Assembly: GCA_963716985.1 (NCBI GenBank) | Contig: OY970323.1 | Coordinates: forward strand, 416,001-480,000 | DNA length: 64,000 nt | From: an uncultured bacterium | GTDB taxonomy: Bacteria; Chlamydiota; Chlamydiia; Chlamydiales; SM23-39 | Reading direction: 5' to 3' | Shown here: positions 10,322 through 20,059 of the stretch, piece after piece | How the letters are laid out: each line of letters opens with the position of its first letter | Numbering within the stretch: the stretch's first letter is position 1 | Translations under genes and position numbers: made by a program | The notes under the pieces: model-generated | What the model saw: only the letters and a program-made list of their open reading frames with translations | Told to the model about the DNA's origin: nothing | Databases searched by the model: none

Positions 10322-10353
10322 CGTTTATACCTAAATTTTTGAAAATGTTTGTC

Positions 10354-10827
10354 TTACCATTTATAATGCGCGAAGGCTCGATTGGCTTCAGCCATACGAT
10401 GCATATCATCTTTTTTCTTAATCGTCGACCCTTGATTTGTATAGCAATCGGCAAGTTCGATACTGAGGCCATCAATCATGCTGCGGCCCGGTTTGGATCT
10501 TGCGTTATCGATCACCCATCTCATGGCAATGGAAGTTCTGCGATCGGGAGGAATTTCAACGGGGACCTGGTAGGTGGCTCCTCCGATTCTTCGGGATTTT
10601 ACCTCCAGAGAGGGTTTGGCATTTTCAAGCGCCTGTTCGAAGGCTTCTAAGATATTTTCTTGTTTGGTTTTTTCCGCAAATTTTTTCAGAGCTTCATAGA
10701 CGATTTTCATGGCCGTTGATTTTTTTCCCTGCATCATGATTTTGTTGATGAACTTGGCCACAGTTTGGCTGTTGTAGGTGGGATCGGATAAGATCTTACG
10801 TTTTTCTGCTCTATGCCTTCTAGACAT
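10354..10827 (-). CDS. rpsG: 30S ribosomal protein S7
   Basis: EVKSRRIGGATYQVP, HRMAEANRAFAHYKW. Confidence 0.99.
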   Translation of the reverse strand: MSRRHRAEKRKILSDPTYNSQTVAKFINKIMMQGKKSTAMKIVYEALKKFAEKTKQENILEAFEQALENAKPSLEVKSRRIGGATYQVPVEIPPDRRTSIAMRWVIDNARSKPGRSMIDGLSIELADCYTNQGSTIKKKDDMHRMAEANRAFAHYKW

Positions 10828-10893
10828 CGCTCTTCTTCCTTTCTTTGTTGCTCAATTTCTATCACTCTTTCTTTTTAAAAGACTTGTCTAACA

Positions 10894-11262
10894 TTAGCTC
10901 TTTTTCGCGCCATAGCGGGAACGGCTTTTTTTTCTATCTTTGACTGCCGCGCAGTCGAGAGAACCTCGAACGATATGGTAACGGACGCCGGGGAGGTCCT
11001 TGACCCTTCCTCCGCGCACAAGAACGATGCTATGTTCTTGCAAGTTATGTCCTTCTCCCGGGATATAAGCAATGACTTCTTGGCCGTTAGAAAGGCGTAC
11101 CCAAGCGACTTTTCGCAGGGCAGAGTTTGGCTTTTTTGGTGTTTTTGTTTTCACCTGGAGGCAAACGCCTCTTCTTTGAGGGCTTTGCTGCAATGCAGGG
11201 GATTTTCTTCGTTTTCTGAGAGATTTACGCCCGTGTCGGACGAGCTGATTGATGGTCGGCAT
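10894..11262 (-). CDS. rpsL: 30S ribosomal protein S12
   Basis: MPTINQLVR...[10 protein letters not shown]...[10 protein letters not shown]; start placed at ATG 11262. Confidence 0.99.
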   Translation of the reverse strand: MPTINQLVRHGRKSLRKRRKSPALQQSPQRRGVCLQVKTKTPKKPNSALRKVAWVRLSNGQEVIAYIPGEGHNLQEHSIVLVRGGRVKDLPGVRYHIVRGSLDCAAVKDRKKSRSRYGAKKS

Positions 11263-11584
11263 TAAAAACTTTCTCCTTTCCAAAGGGTAAAATAATACCA
11301 CATAGAGGAGCAATATATCGGGAAGGCCAATTATATGCAAAAGGATTTCCAAAACAAATCCTATACCTTGAAATTGTTCTAACTTTTTAAGGCTATTGCT
11401 GTTTAAAAACAAACTAAAATAAATAATTATTAATTAAATTAAAATTGAATAATTAATAATTTTACATTTATACTTAATTTGGGGGATAAAAGTAACAAGG
11501 CCATGCTTTCAACACTTTGTTGGACTATAGAGTTTGGACCTAAAAGAGCTTTTATCCCCGATTCATCAGTAGGAAAGAGGGTCT

Positions 11585-13567
11585 ATGAAGTGGCTTCGAT
11601 TTTTTTGCCTCGCGTTGATTTTCCCTCTCCTGCTTTTTTCTCAAAATTCCTTAGAAATCAAGGATATCAAAAAATGGACGCATCGTCTTTTTGAGTATCA
11701 TGTAGAACAAAAAAAGTTCTCCTCCCAGCAGATGCGTCGATTCGTTAAGCTCTATGTTGGGCAATTTGACAAAGAAAAGACCTATTTCCTAGAAGACGAG
11801 GTGCTCTCCTATTTCAATGTGACCGAGAACCAAGCGAATGAGATGATCGCGCGACTGGAAGGGGAAGATTATTCGGATTTCATGCAAATCAATGCAATTT
11901 TGGCGCGCTCTGTAGAGAGAGCTAGAAAAAACAGGAATTTGTTGAAAGAGTCGATTTTGCATGAAGCGGATATGAATGGACCTGTTTTGCGAAGCGAATG
12001 GTCGAGTTTTGCCAAAAATGAAAAAGACCTGCAGGAAAGGCAGAGAATAGAATTGAGACGGCTTTTTCTGAATTACAAAAGGAAAATGGAGAGCGCTTCT
12101 CGGGAAAGGGAGGAAAAGGCTCTTCGGATGATTGAAAAAAAGCTTGTCCGGGCGGAAAATCGTTACATCGAAAAAAACGAACATGAATTTTCCCTCAATA
12201 TTTTAAAAGCTTTTGCCAAAAGTTTGGATGCTCATTCTGCCTTTTTTAGCCCCGAAGAAGCATTTGAGATGCGCATGAGCCTTGAAAAACAGTTTGAGGG
12301 ACTCGGAGTCATTCTTACAGAGAGCGTTGATGGGGCAATGGTCACGGATCTCATCAAGGGAAGCCCTGCGCAAAGGTCCGGGAAGATTCAGATTCGCGAT
12401 CTCATTGCAGAGATCGATGGAGAAAACGTCCTTGACCTCTCCTTTGAAGAGGTATTGGAAAAGCTGAAGAGAAAAAATGGGGAGTGCGTGAGTCTTGGGC
12501 TGTCCCGCTTTTCCGTAGAAAAAAGAGAGTATTTGCCTTCCTGGCATGTGACGTTAAAACCTGAACCAATCAGCATGGAGGAAGAAAAATTACGATCTAG
12601 CTTTGAGCCCTTTGGCAATGGCATTATCGGTAAAATTACCTTGACCTCTTTTTATGAAAATTCCGATGGGGTGACCTGCGAGGGGGACCTCAAGAAAGCG
12701 ATAGATGATCTTCGAAAGAAGGGCAATCTTCTTGGATTAATACTCGACCTTCGCGAAAACTCCGGTGGTTTTTTGAATCAAGCAGTAAAGGTTGCGAGCC
12801 TATTTTTATCCAACGGGATTGTCGTGATTTCGAAATATTCGAAAGGAGAGTGCCGCTATCTGCGCAATACAGAAGGCAAACCCTATTTTTCGGGCCCATT
12901 GATTCTCTTAACTTCGAAGCTTTCCGCGTCCGCATCGGAAATCGTCGCTCAAGCGCTGCAGGATTATGGCGTTGCTCTGATCGTTGGAGATGAGCGGACC
13001 TTTGGCAAGGGAACCATCCAATACCAGACAGTGACGAACGACAAGGCAGAAGCCTATTTCAAAGTGACGGTGGGGAAATATTATACCGTTTCCGGAAAAT
13101 CGACGCAGATTGAAGGGGTGAAAGCAGACGTTCTTCTACCCACCGAATTTTCCATTTATCATTTAGGGGAGCGCTATTTAGAATATCCTCTTGCCCCAGA
13201 CTACATCTCATCGCTCTATATTGATCCTCTTTATGACCTCGACCAAAAGACCAAGCGCTGGTTTGAAAAAAACTATATGCCCCATCTGCAGCCCTACGTT
13301 ACTTTTTGGCAAAAACATGCGAATATTCTTCAAGAAAACAGCGCGTTTCGTCAAAGTAAAGATTCCAATTTTCAGCTTTTCTTGAAAAAACAAGAGATGG
13401 TGAGGGAATCGCAATCCACTGAGGATTTGAAAAACTATGGCGTCGAGAATCTGCAAATGCAAGAAGGCGTCCACATTCTCAAGGATATGATTCTTTTGGA
13501 AGCGGAAAGATCTCCTTCTTCCAAGCCGTTGCAGAAAAGTCTTTCTTCTTCCCATAAAAAAAATTGA
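11585..13567 (+). CDS. tsp: Tail-specific (S41A) periplasmic protease with PDZ domain
   Basis: Signal peptide, LDAHSAFF, GLILDLRENSGGFL, SASASEI, TFGKGTIQ; divergent from rpsL as in Chlamydia. Confidence 0.93.
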   Translation: MKWLRFFCLALIFPLLLFSQNSLEIKDIKKWTHRLFEYHVEQKKFSSQQMRRFVKLYVGQFDKEKTYFLEDEVLSYFNVTENQANEMIARLEGEDYSDFMQINAILARSVERARKNRNLLKESILHEADMNGPVLRSEWSSFAKNEKDLQERQRIELRRLFLNYKRKMESASREREEKALRMIEKKLVRAENRYIEKNEHEFSLNILKAFAKSLDAHSAFFSPEEAFEMRMSLEKQFEGLGVILTESVDGAMVTDLIKGSPAQRSGKIQIRDLIAEIDGENVLDLSFEEVLEKLKRKNGECVSLGLSRFSVEKREYLPSWHVTLKPEPISMEEEKLRSSFEPFGNGIIGKITLTSFYENSDGVTCEGDLKKAIDDLRKKGNLLGLILDLRENSGGFLNQAVKVASLFLSNGIVVISKYSKGECRYLRNTEGKPYFSGPLILLTSKLSASASEIVAQALQDYGVALIVGDERTFGKGTIQYQTVTNDKAEAYFKVTVGKYYTVSGKSTQIEGVKADVLLPTEFSIYHLGERYLEYPLAPDYISSLYIDPLYDLDQKTKRWFEKNYMPHLQPYVTFWQKHANILQENSAFRQSKDSNFQLFLKKQEMVRESQSTEDLKNYGVENLQMQEGVHILKDMILLEAERSPSSKPLQKSLSSSHKKN

Positions 13568-13609
13568 AAATAAACAGCTCTTCGAGTTATTTTTACAAGC
13601 ATCTTCTTT

Positions 13610-13682
<73 letters not shown>

Positions 13683-13901
13683 AATTTTTTTTCAAAAAAT
13701 TTGGGCTGAAAGAAAGCCGATTGCTTGGCTTTTGTCTGGAGTCGAAGTGAAGCTCGATATAGCGAGCGAACCGGCGGAAAGCCCGAAGTAGCCAATTTCC
13801 TTACCTCGTCTAAAACAGTTTTTGAATAATTATTATAAGTCGAATTTAATAGGGCCAACAAAAAACCGATAGATTTTCTAGCATTTTGAACTGGCCCGTC
13901 T

Positions 13902-16900
13902 CTAATACTCTCGGCCGAAGCCCAGATAGAAGAAAGTGTCGTAGAAGAGGCTGTTGAGCTGATAACTCGCATTCAGTTCGACTTGCCAGCCATGCTTAGT
14001 TGTGGTGAGGAGATCGAGCGCTACAAGAAGGCTATTGCGTCCAGGAGATTCGGTTGTGATCGTGGTTGGCAATGCAGTTGAATTGATTGCGTTTAGGCCG
14101 ATTGAAAGGCTCCGATCGAGATATTCATACTGCCATCCGAGATCGAGTTCAGCTCGGAGAGTAGAGGAACCTGGGTGGAATAGATAATTGAATCGAGCAC
14201 CTAAAACCGATGTGAGCGAGTCGGGTGTATGGGAGGCAACTTGGAGGTCGTAAATGCCCGCTCCTGTTTCTGTATACCCATCGATGAAGTCAATGACATA
14301 TTGCAGTGTTGCAAGAGGTACGAAAGAGAAATTGGCTGGAAGCCAAGAATGTCTTCGGCCCGAGAGGGTATATTCAATTCCGAACAGGGTGTCTGCGGCT
14401 ACTTCATGGGTTTTGCCGATCGCAGTCAACTCTTGATTAATTCCTGTCTTGCGTTTGGTTTTGTCCCAATTGTAAGCGCATCCAACGATCGCTTCGAAAG
14501 CGAGGTCGGGCGCTTTTTTAGGGACGATTGTGCCGTAAAAGCTGCCGTGAAGACGGTCAAAGGTGCTGGTTCCCCAGTTATTGTCGGCAGTACCCCAGCT
14601 TTTTCTGTATTCAATAAGGGCTCCGAATCCAGCCCAAGCACTTCTCTCCTCTCGATCTTCTAGGATTCCATCGACGCCTGCAAGGACTCCCGCAGTCACG
14701 TATCCTAACCCTGCCTGATCTTTTTTTGAGTCCACGTTTCCAAAGGATGCGACGGGACCTAAATAAACGTTGTAGGGATGCTCTTTTCCTTGCGCAACTC
14801 TTTCAGAGAGCTGTTCGGTTTTTTGAAAGGTCTCGGAATTGAGTTGTTGAGCGAGCGAATCGGCGATGGGAAGGAGTTGTTCGTCATTCGAGGCGGTGAG
14901 TAAGTGTTCATCGAAGGAAAGCGATGAGGCGGCGACAAGAGGGGCATTTGAAAAATGTATCCGTTTGCGCATCTGAGATGTCTTCTGTGTAATGAAGGCG
15001 TTGTGCTGGCCAATGGAGGTGAAGACGAGATTGATTGTGCTTCCGTGGACTGGAGCAGGGTTCGCTTTGCGCACGTCGAGTTGAACGCCATCGGGAAGAT
15101 AGACGATACTTGGGATTAACGATCCTGGAAAATTGGTGAAGGAGACGTGCGCAAATTGCCCGGTTCTTCCACCGGTTGCATCGAGGAGTTCGATGGTATC
15201 GCCATTAGTTAATGAAATGCCGGGAAGGGCATTCACAACTAAATTGCCGTCGAGAGTTGCGGTTCCCGCGGCAGTCACTTTGCCAAAACTTGTCAGTGAA
15301 AGGATATTCGTTTGCAGCGTTCCCGAAGAGCTTTGTATATAATCATCGGCTAAAACCGAGCCAGCTGTTGTTAGAGTCCCAGCGCTGAGAGCGATATTGG
15401 CGTTTGAAGAGCCGAGCGTCGCGCCCGCATTGTTGGTGACAATGCCTCCAGACACAGTGAAGGTGCTGCCGCTTCCGGCCGCCATCGTTGCGCCTGAGTA
15501 GTTGGTCACTATACCCGTAACAATATTGAAGGTAGTGGTCGCGGTAGCCATTGCGTAGTTATTAAACGTCGTAGGGCCAGCAGCATTTCCGATAGTGAAT
15601 GTAGTGCCAGCCGAGAGAGTTGAGTGGTTATTTACTGTAACTGGATTGCTAATTCCTCCAAGACCGCTAATCTCTAATGCGCCAGTGGGGCTTATTGTTC
15701 CATTGTTTTCGATGACATTTCCTTCCAGAAGAAGATTTGCAGGAGAAAGAGTGCCGTAGTTATTCAAGGTTCCGCTGCCGGCCCCTTCGCTTACATTCCA
15801 AGTTCCGGTTGAAATAATTGATGATTCGGGTCCGAGTGTTAGGCTTCCGGCGTTGAGTGTAAATCGGGAGTCTTGCTCAAGAGAAATGGTTGTGTTGATT
15901 GTATGATCTCCCTGGAAGACGGTAATCGTAGGCTTGGTCGACATAGGAGGACCGTCGAGGAAAATGGTTCCCATACCACTGAAGTTCTCGATTGTGTAGG
16001 AAGTCAAGGAAGAGTCGAAGGTGAGATCGTGTAATGTGACGTTTTGCGCAATTGTTCCTGCGGAGTTTGCTAGAGTGACGGTGACAGACGAAGCGGCGAC
16101 AGTGGGAAAAGTGGCGGTATCTTGATTGGCGGCCATTCCGCCGATTCCTGGAACGCAGCTGCTCCAGTTCGCCATCGTGTCCCAATTGCCATTGGAGTCA
16201 GACGTCCAATCTCCATCGCAGTTTGCACTTGCGCCTAAGATGATGCGGTTTTCGCTGTAGTCATAGGTCAGCTTCCCGAAGGGGAGCGTGGTCGAAGAGA
16301 AGATTCCATGCAACTGCTTTCCAGTTCCGCTCGATTGGAAAAGAATCACTTGAGTGGCTGAAGAGGGGGTGAACATTCCCGTGTTTGTTACAACCAGCGT
16401 TCCATTCAGATTGATGCTTGCAGTGGTCGTTACATTTCCAACGGGAGCCGCAGCGTTCATAGGAAAATTAAAGGTGGTTGTTCCGCCTGAATTTTGAGTA
16501 AAGGCTGTGGCTGAGATAGTTGCGCTGCTGGCGACATTGCCTGAATTGGTAATGCTGCCAATGGTATTGGCAAATGTTTGAAAATTGAGAGTCGCCCCGT
16601 TTGCTACAGTGAGAGCGCTTGTACCAAAGGCCTGAGTCGAACCAGCGAGGAGAGAACCGCCATTGATAGCGGTGGGGCCGCTGTAGCCATTTGTACCGCT
16701 GAGGGTCAGGTTGCCCGTGAGCGTGAGTCCGCCAGTTCCTGAGATATTACCCGAAAACGTAAGGCCCGATCCATTGTCAATTGTAAGCGTTGCCGATCCT
16801 AATGTGACATTGCCAGATCCGGCTAGACTACGAATCGTGTTATTGAAATTATTGAGAGAGAGGGTTCCGCTAGCTCCAACTGTGAAGGCCGAGCTGCTTG

Positions 16901-19900
16901 CAAAAGCGGTTGTCGATCCGGCCCTTAAGATGCCCCCGTTGATCGCAGTGGCTCCGGTGTAGCCGTTCGTTCCGCTGAGAGTCGCTGTGCCTGTCGTGAG
17001 GGAGAGGCCTCCTGTTCCATTGATCGCTCCGGTGAAGACTTGGCTATTGCCGTTGGCAATTGTTAAAGTGGCCGATCCAAGAGCGACTGTGCCAGCTCCG
17101 GCGAGACTTCCCACGGTATTATTGAAGTTATTGAGAGCCAGCGTTGAGGTTGATCCCAATACAAAATGAGAGGCAGGGGCAAAAGCGCTTATCGAGCTAG
17201 CTTGGAGAGTTCCGCCATTTAGCGTTGTCGCTCCAGTGTAGCTGTTTGTCCCGCTAAAAATTTGCATTCCTGTGGTCAGGGTGATTCCGCCGCTCTCAGA
17301 AATATTTCCTGCAAATGTTTGGCTGTTGCCATTGTTAATGCTTAAGGTTCCAGAGCCAAGAGTGACAAAACTGCCCGAAGCGCCGGCAAGGCTTTGAATG
17401 ATATTGCTGAAGTTATTGAGATCTAAAGTTGCGCCAGAGGATAGAGTGACGGCTGAATTGACTCCAAAGGCGCCGCTCGTGCTGGTAGTAGAGACTCCTG
17501 CTTGGAGCGTTCCGCGCGTTACATTGGTAGGGCCTGTGTAGATATTGGCGCCGTTAAACGTGAGTGTTCCATCTCCAGCTTTCGTGAAAGAATTCGTCGA
17601 GAGACCCGCAACAACTCCAGTGACAGTGACATCGTTGCTATTCGTATCGAACGTTCCGTTTGCCATCAAGACAATCGAAGAGGTCATTGGCGTGAAGGCG
17701 CTTGACGCTTGGAAGGTAGAAGAACCTGAACCTGCGAACACAATTTGGGTTCCGATCGGAAGCGAACTGGGGGAAGCGACGAGTGTACCTCCCGAAATCG
17801 TAGTTCGCGCTTGATAAGTATTTGCCCCTGTCAATGTCAGGGTTCCGGCTCCGGCCTTAGTAAATGGATTCGCTGTGGAGATTGGTCCACTGATTGAAAC
17901 ATTGTGGCCATTCGTATCGAGCGTGCCTGGGGCAGAGAGAGTAATAGATTGCGAGATGGAGAGATCTCCACCGGCTTGGAGAGTTCCTCCAAAGATGTCA
18001 AATAAAATCGATGTCGCTGAACCAAGGCTGTTTGTATTTAGATTGAGAACGCCCCCTTCGATTGTGATTTGGCTGGCCAACATGTTGCTACCCGTCAAGG
18101 TGAGCGTACCTGGGCCGATTTTTGTGAAGGGAATCCCCACTATTCCAGTAATATCGCCCGATAGTGTTATGTCAAAGGTATTCGATCCGATTGTTGCAGG
18201 ACCGTTGATCGTGATCGGCGCTGAAGAAGAAGTGCTGCTGCCAAATTCGAGATTGCCGCCGTCGGTTCCGAAAATCAATTCAGAAGTATCACCGAGAGTC
18301 GGCGTATTTAGTGTGGCGCCTCCCTCGATGGTTGTCGAGCCAGTGAAGGTATTAGACTTCATCAAGGTCAACGTTCCGCCGCTTGCTACGACATTTCCTG
18401 TAGCTCCTGAAATGACACCATAAAAAGCGTCGTCTGTACTCGCTTGCGATATCGTCAGCGTTCCAGAACCGAGATCAACCGAGCTTCCCACGGCTCCATT
18501 CAAACTGCCGATTGTGATATTTTCATCGTTTACATCGAGGACCGATGCACTGCTGCTCAGACTGACAAATGAATTCGTTCCAAATGCAGTGGATGTGCCC
18601 GCTCGCAGAGTACCCGTCTGTACTTGTGTGGCGCCGGTATATCCGTTCATCCCGTTTAGAATCAGGATTCCTGTGCCAGCCTTCGTGAAAGCGCCCGAAC
18701 CAGAAACAGTTCCTCCGAGCGTGATCGTTTGACCATTCGTATCGATGGTCCCTGCAGAACTCAAAGTGACTGTGTTGCTGTAGGTGAATCCTATCGTATT
18801 GGCTTTTAGGGTCCCTCCACCATTTACGAATAAAAGGGAGCTAGATGATGAGATCCCATTCGTGACAAAGGTACTTCCACCTTGGATTTGCGTTTGTCCG
18901 CTATATCCTGCAGAGCCGTTTAAAGTCAAAGTTGCGGCAGTTAAGGTAAGGCCTCCCGTACCTGAGAGCGCTCCAGAGAAAGCGCCTCCTTGGGAACAGG
19001 TGATTGTTCCGGAGCCGAGAGCAATAGTTCCCGCTCCTGCAATCGTGCCAAAGGTTGCGTTGAAATTATTTAAATTAAGGGTAGATCCGCTCGCGACGGT
19101 CAGATTTGAGTAATTTCCGAACGCGTTTGCAGATCCGGCGATCAACGTTGCTGCATTGACCGTAGTCGATCCTGGATGCGCTTGTGAGCTATACGTGTTA
19201 TTTCCAGTCAGGGTTAATGTACCTGTGCTCGAGGCTCCGAGAGTAAATCCTCCGCCAAGATTGACCGATTCAATCGTCCCGGGATAGGTAACTGTGCCGC
19301 TATTGGTCACTGACAGGGTGCCGTTTCCAAGAACGACTAAACTCGCTGAAGTTCCTGTTAAGACGCCTATGGTGTTATTGAGTCCTGCTCCAGAAGTTCC
19401 ACTTATATCGAGAGTCGCGCCGTTTGCAAGCGAAACATTGGAAGCGGCAGAAAACGCGGTCGCCGATCCTGCTTTAAGTGTAGCACCAGTGCCGAGTGTT
19501 GTAGTCCCTATGTAGGAATTGTTTCCAGAAAGAATCAGATAAGAGCCGTTGACGACAAGATTCCCTCCGCCCGAAATATTGCTTTGGATCGTATTACCAG
19601 GAGAGGCTCCAACGCCAGAGACTTGCCACGTTCCTGTTAGAGTAACGCCTCCGACATTGATATTCGATCCAGAAGCTCCATAAGTGAGCAAATGAGTGCC
19701 GGATGGAACGGCAAACGTTCCTCCTGTGAAGGCATAAGTGTCGGATATCGTCAGATCGCCAAGTGTATACGTTCCGCCTACTAGATTATTTAAAACCGAT
19801 TTAGAAAATGTACTTGATGTTGGGAAAATAAGGTCGTCGGTATTCACTGGAACTTGCTGGGGGCTCCAGTTAGTGCTTGTATTCATAGAATTTGTTGTCC

Positions 19901-19973
19901 CTTGCCATGTCAAGGGGGCTGCGAGTAAAATGCTATTTTGGAGAACAAGCGCTGGTAAACAAATCCACTTCAT
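13902..19973 (-). CDS. Large autotransporter (type Va) with passenger-associated transport repeats, 2023 aa
   Basis: Signal peptide; many TKAGxGTLTLTGxNxYTGxTxxxGGTL repeats; Gly/Ser/Thr-rich beta-helix; C-terminal beta-barrel ending YLGFGREY. Confidence 0.92.
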   Translation of the reverse strand: MKWICLPALVLQNSILLAAPLTWQGTTNSMNTSTNWSPQQVPVNTDDLIFPTSSTFSKSVLNNLVGGTYTLGDLTISDTYAFTGGTFAVPSGTHLLTYGASGSNINVGGVTLTGTWQVSGVGASPGNTIQSNISGGGNLVVNGSYLILSGNNSYIGTTTLGTGATLKAGSATAFSAASNVSLANGATLDISGTSGAGLNNTIGVLTGTSASLVVLGNGTLSVTNSGTVTYPGTIESVNLGGGFTLGASSTGTLTLTGNNTYSSQAHPGSTTVNAATLIAGSANAFGNYSNLTVASGSTLNLNNFNATFGTIAGAGTIALGSGTITCSQGGAFSGALSGTGGLTLTAATLTLNGSAGYSGQTQIQGGSTFVTNGISSSSSLLFVNGGGTLKANTIGFTYSNTVTLSSAGTIDTNGQTITLGGTVSGSGAFTKAGTGILILNGMNGYTGATQVQTGTLRAGTSTAFGTNSFVSLSSSASVLDVNDENITIGSLNGAVGSSVDLGSGTLTISQASTDDAFYGVISGATGNVVASGGTLTLMKSNTFTGSTTIEGGATLNTPTLGDTSELIFGTDGGNLEFGSSTSSSAPITINGPATIGSNTFDITLSGDITGIVGIPFTKIGPGTLTLTGSNMLASQITIEGGVLNLNTNSLGSATSILFDIFGGTLQAGGDLSISQSITLSAPGTLDTNGHNVSISGPISTANPFTKAGAGTLTLTGANTYQARTTISGGTLVASPSSLPIGTQIVFAGSGSSTFQASSAFTPMTSSIVLMANGTFDTNSNDVTVTGVVAGLSTNSFTKAGDGTLTFNGANIYTGPTNVTRGTLQAGVSTTSTSGAFGVNSAVTLSSGATLDLNNFSNIIQSLAGASGSFVTLGSGTLSINNGNSQTFAGNISESGGITLTTGMQIFSGTNSYTGATTLNGGTLQASSISAFAPASHFVLGSTSTLALNNFNNTVGSLAGAGTVALGSATLTIANGNSQVFTGAINGTGGLSLTTGTATLSGTNGYTGATAINGGILRAGSTTAFASSSAFTVGASGTLSLNNFNNTIRSLAGSGNVTLGSATLTIDNGSGLTFSGNISGTGGLTLTGNLTLSGTNGYSGPTAINGGSLLAGSTQAFGTSALTVANGATLNFQTFANTIGSITNSGNVASSATISATAFTQNSGGTTTFNFPMNAAAPVGNVTTTASINLNGTLVVTNTGMFTPSSATQVILFQSSGTGKQLHGIFSSTTLPFGKLTYDYSENRIILGASANCDGDWTSDSNGNWDTMANWSSCVPGIGGMAANQDTATFPTVAASSVTVTLANSAGTIAQNVTLHDLTFDSSLTSYTIENFSGMGTIFLDGPPMSTKPTITVFQGDHTINTTISLEQDSRFTLNAGSLTLGPESSIISTGTWNVSEGAGSGTLNNYGTLSPANLLLEGNVIENNGTISPTGALEISGLGGISNPVTVNNHSTLSAGTTFTIGNAAGPTTFNNYAMATATTTFNIVTGIVTNYSGATMAAGSGSTFTVSGGIVTNNAGATLGSSNANIALSAGTLTTAGSVLADDYIQSSSGTLQTNILSLTSFGKVTAAGTATLDGNLVVNALPGISLTNGDTIELLDATGGRTGQFAHVSFTNFPGSLIPSIVYLPDGVQLDVRKANPAPVHGSTINLVFTSIGQHNAFITQKTSQMRKRIHFSNAPLVAASSLSFDEHLLTASNDEQLLPIADSLAQQLNSETFQKTEQLSERVAQGKEHPYNVYLGPVASFGNVDSKKDQAGLGYVTAGVLAGVDGILEDREERSAWAGFGALIEYRKSWGTADNNWGTSTFDRLHGSFYGTIVPKKAPDLAFEAIVGCAYNWDKTKRKTGINQELTAIGKTHEVAADTLFGIEYTLSGRRHSWLPANFSFVPLATLQYVIDFIDGYTETGAGIYDLQVASHTPDSLTSVLGARFNYLFHPGSSTLRAELDLGWQYEYLDRSLSIGLNAINSTALPTTITTESPGRNSLLVALDLLTTTKHGWQVELNASYQLNSLFYDTFFYLGFGREY

Positions 19974-20008
19974 GTTTCAAAACTTAAATTAAAAAAAAGT
20001 TTTTGTCT

Positions 20009-20041
20009 AAAAAAAAGCGTTTGTCTTAGGAGACAAACGCT
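20009..20041 (-). terminator. Intrinsic terminator after the GH64-like gene
   Basis: 11-bp stem AGCGTTTGTCT/AGACAAACGCT followed on the minus strand by a T run. Confidence 0.7.
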
Positions 20042-20059
20042 GGCGCACGCCTAAAATGG

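Noticed and set aside
7906..11262. str operon lacking tufA and rpsJ detached from the S10 operon
   Set aside because: This is the normal chlamydial arrangement.
13902..19973. Polymorphic membrane protein (Pmp) call
   Set aside because: Lacks the repeated GGA[ILV]/FxxN pattern; repeats are PATR-type.
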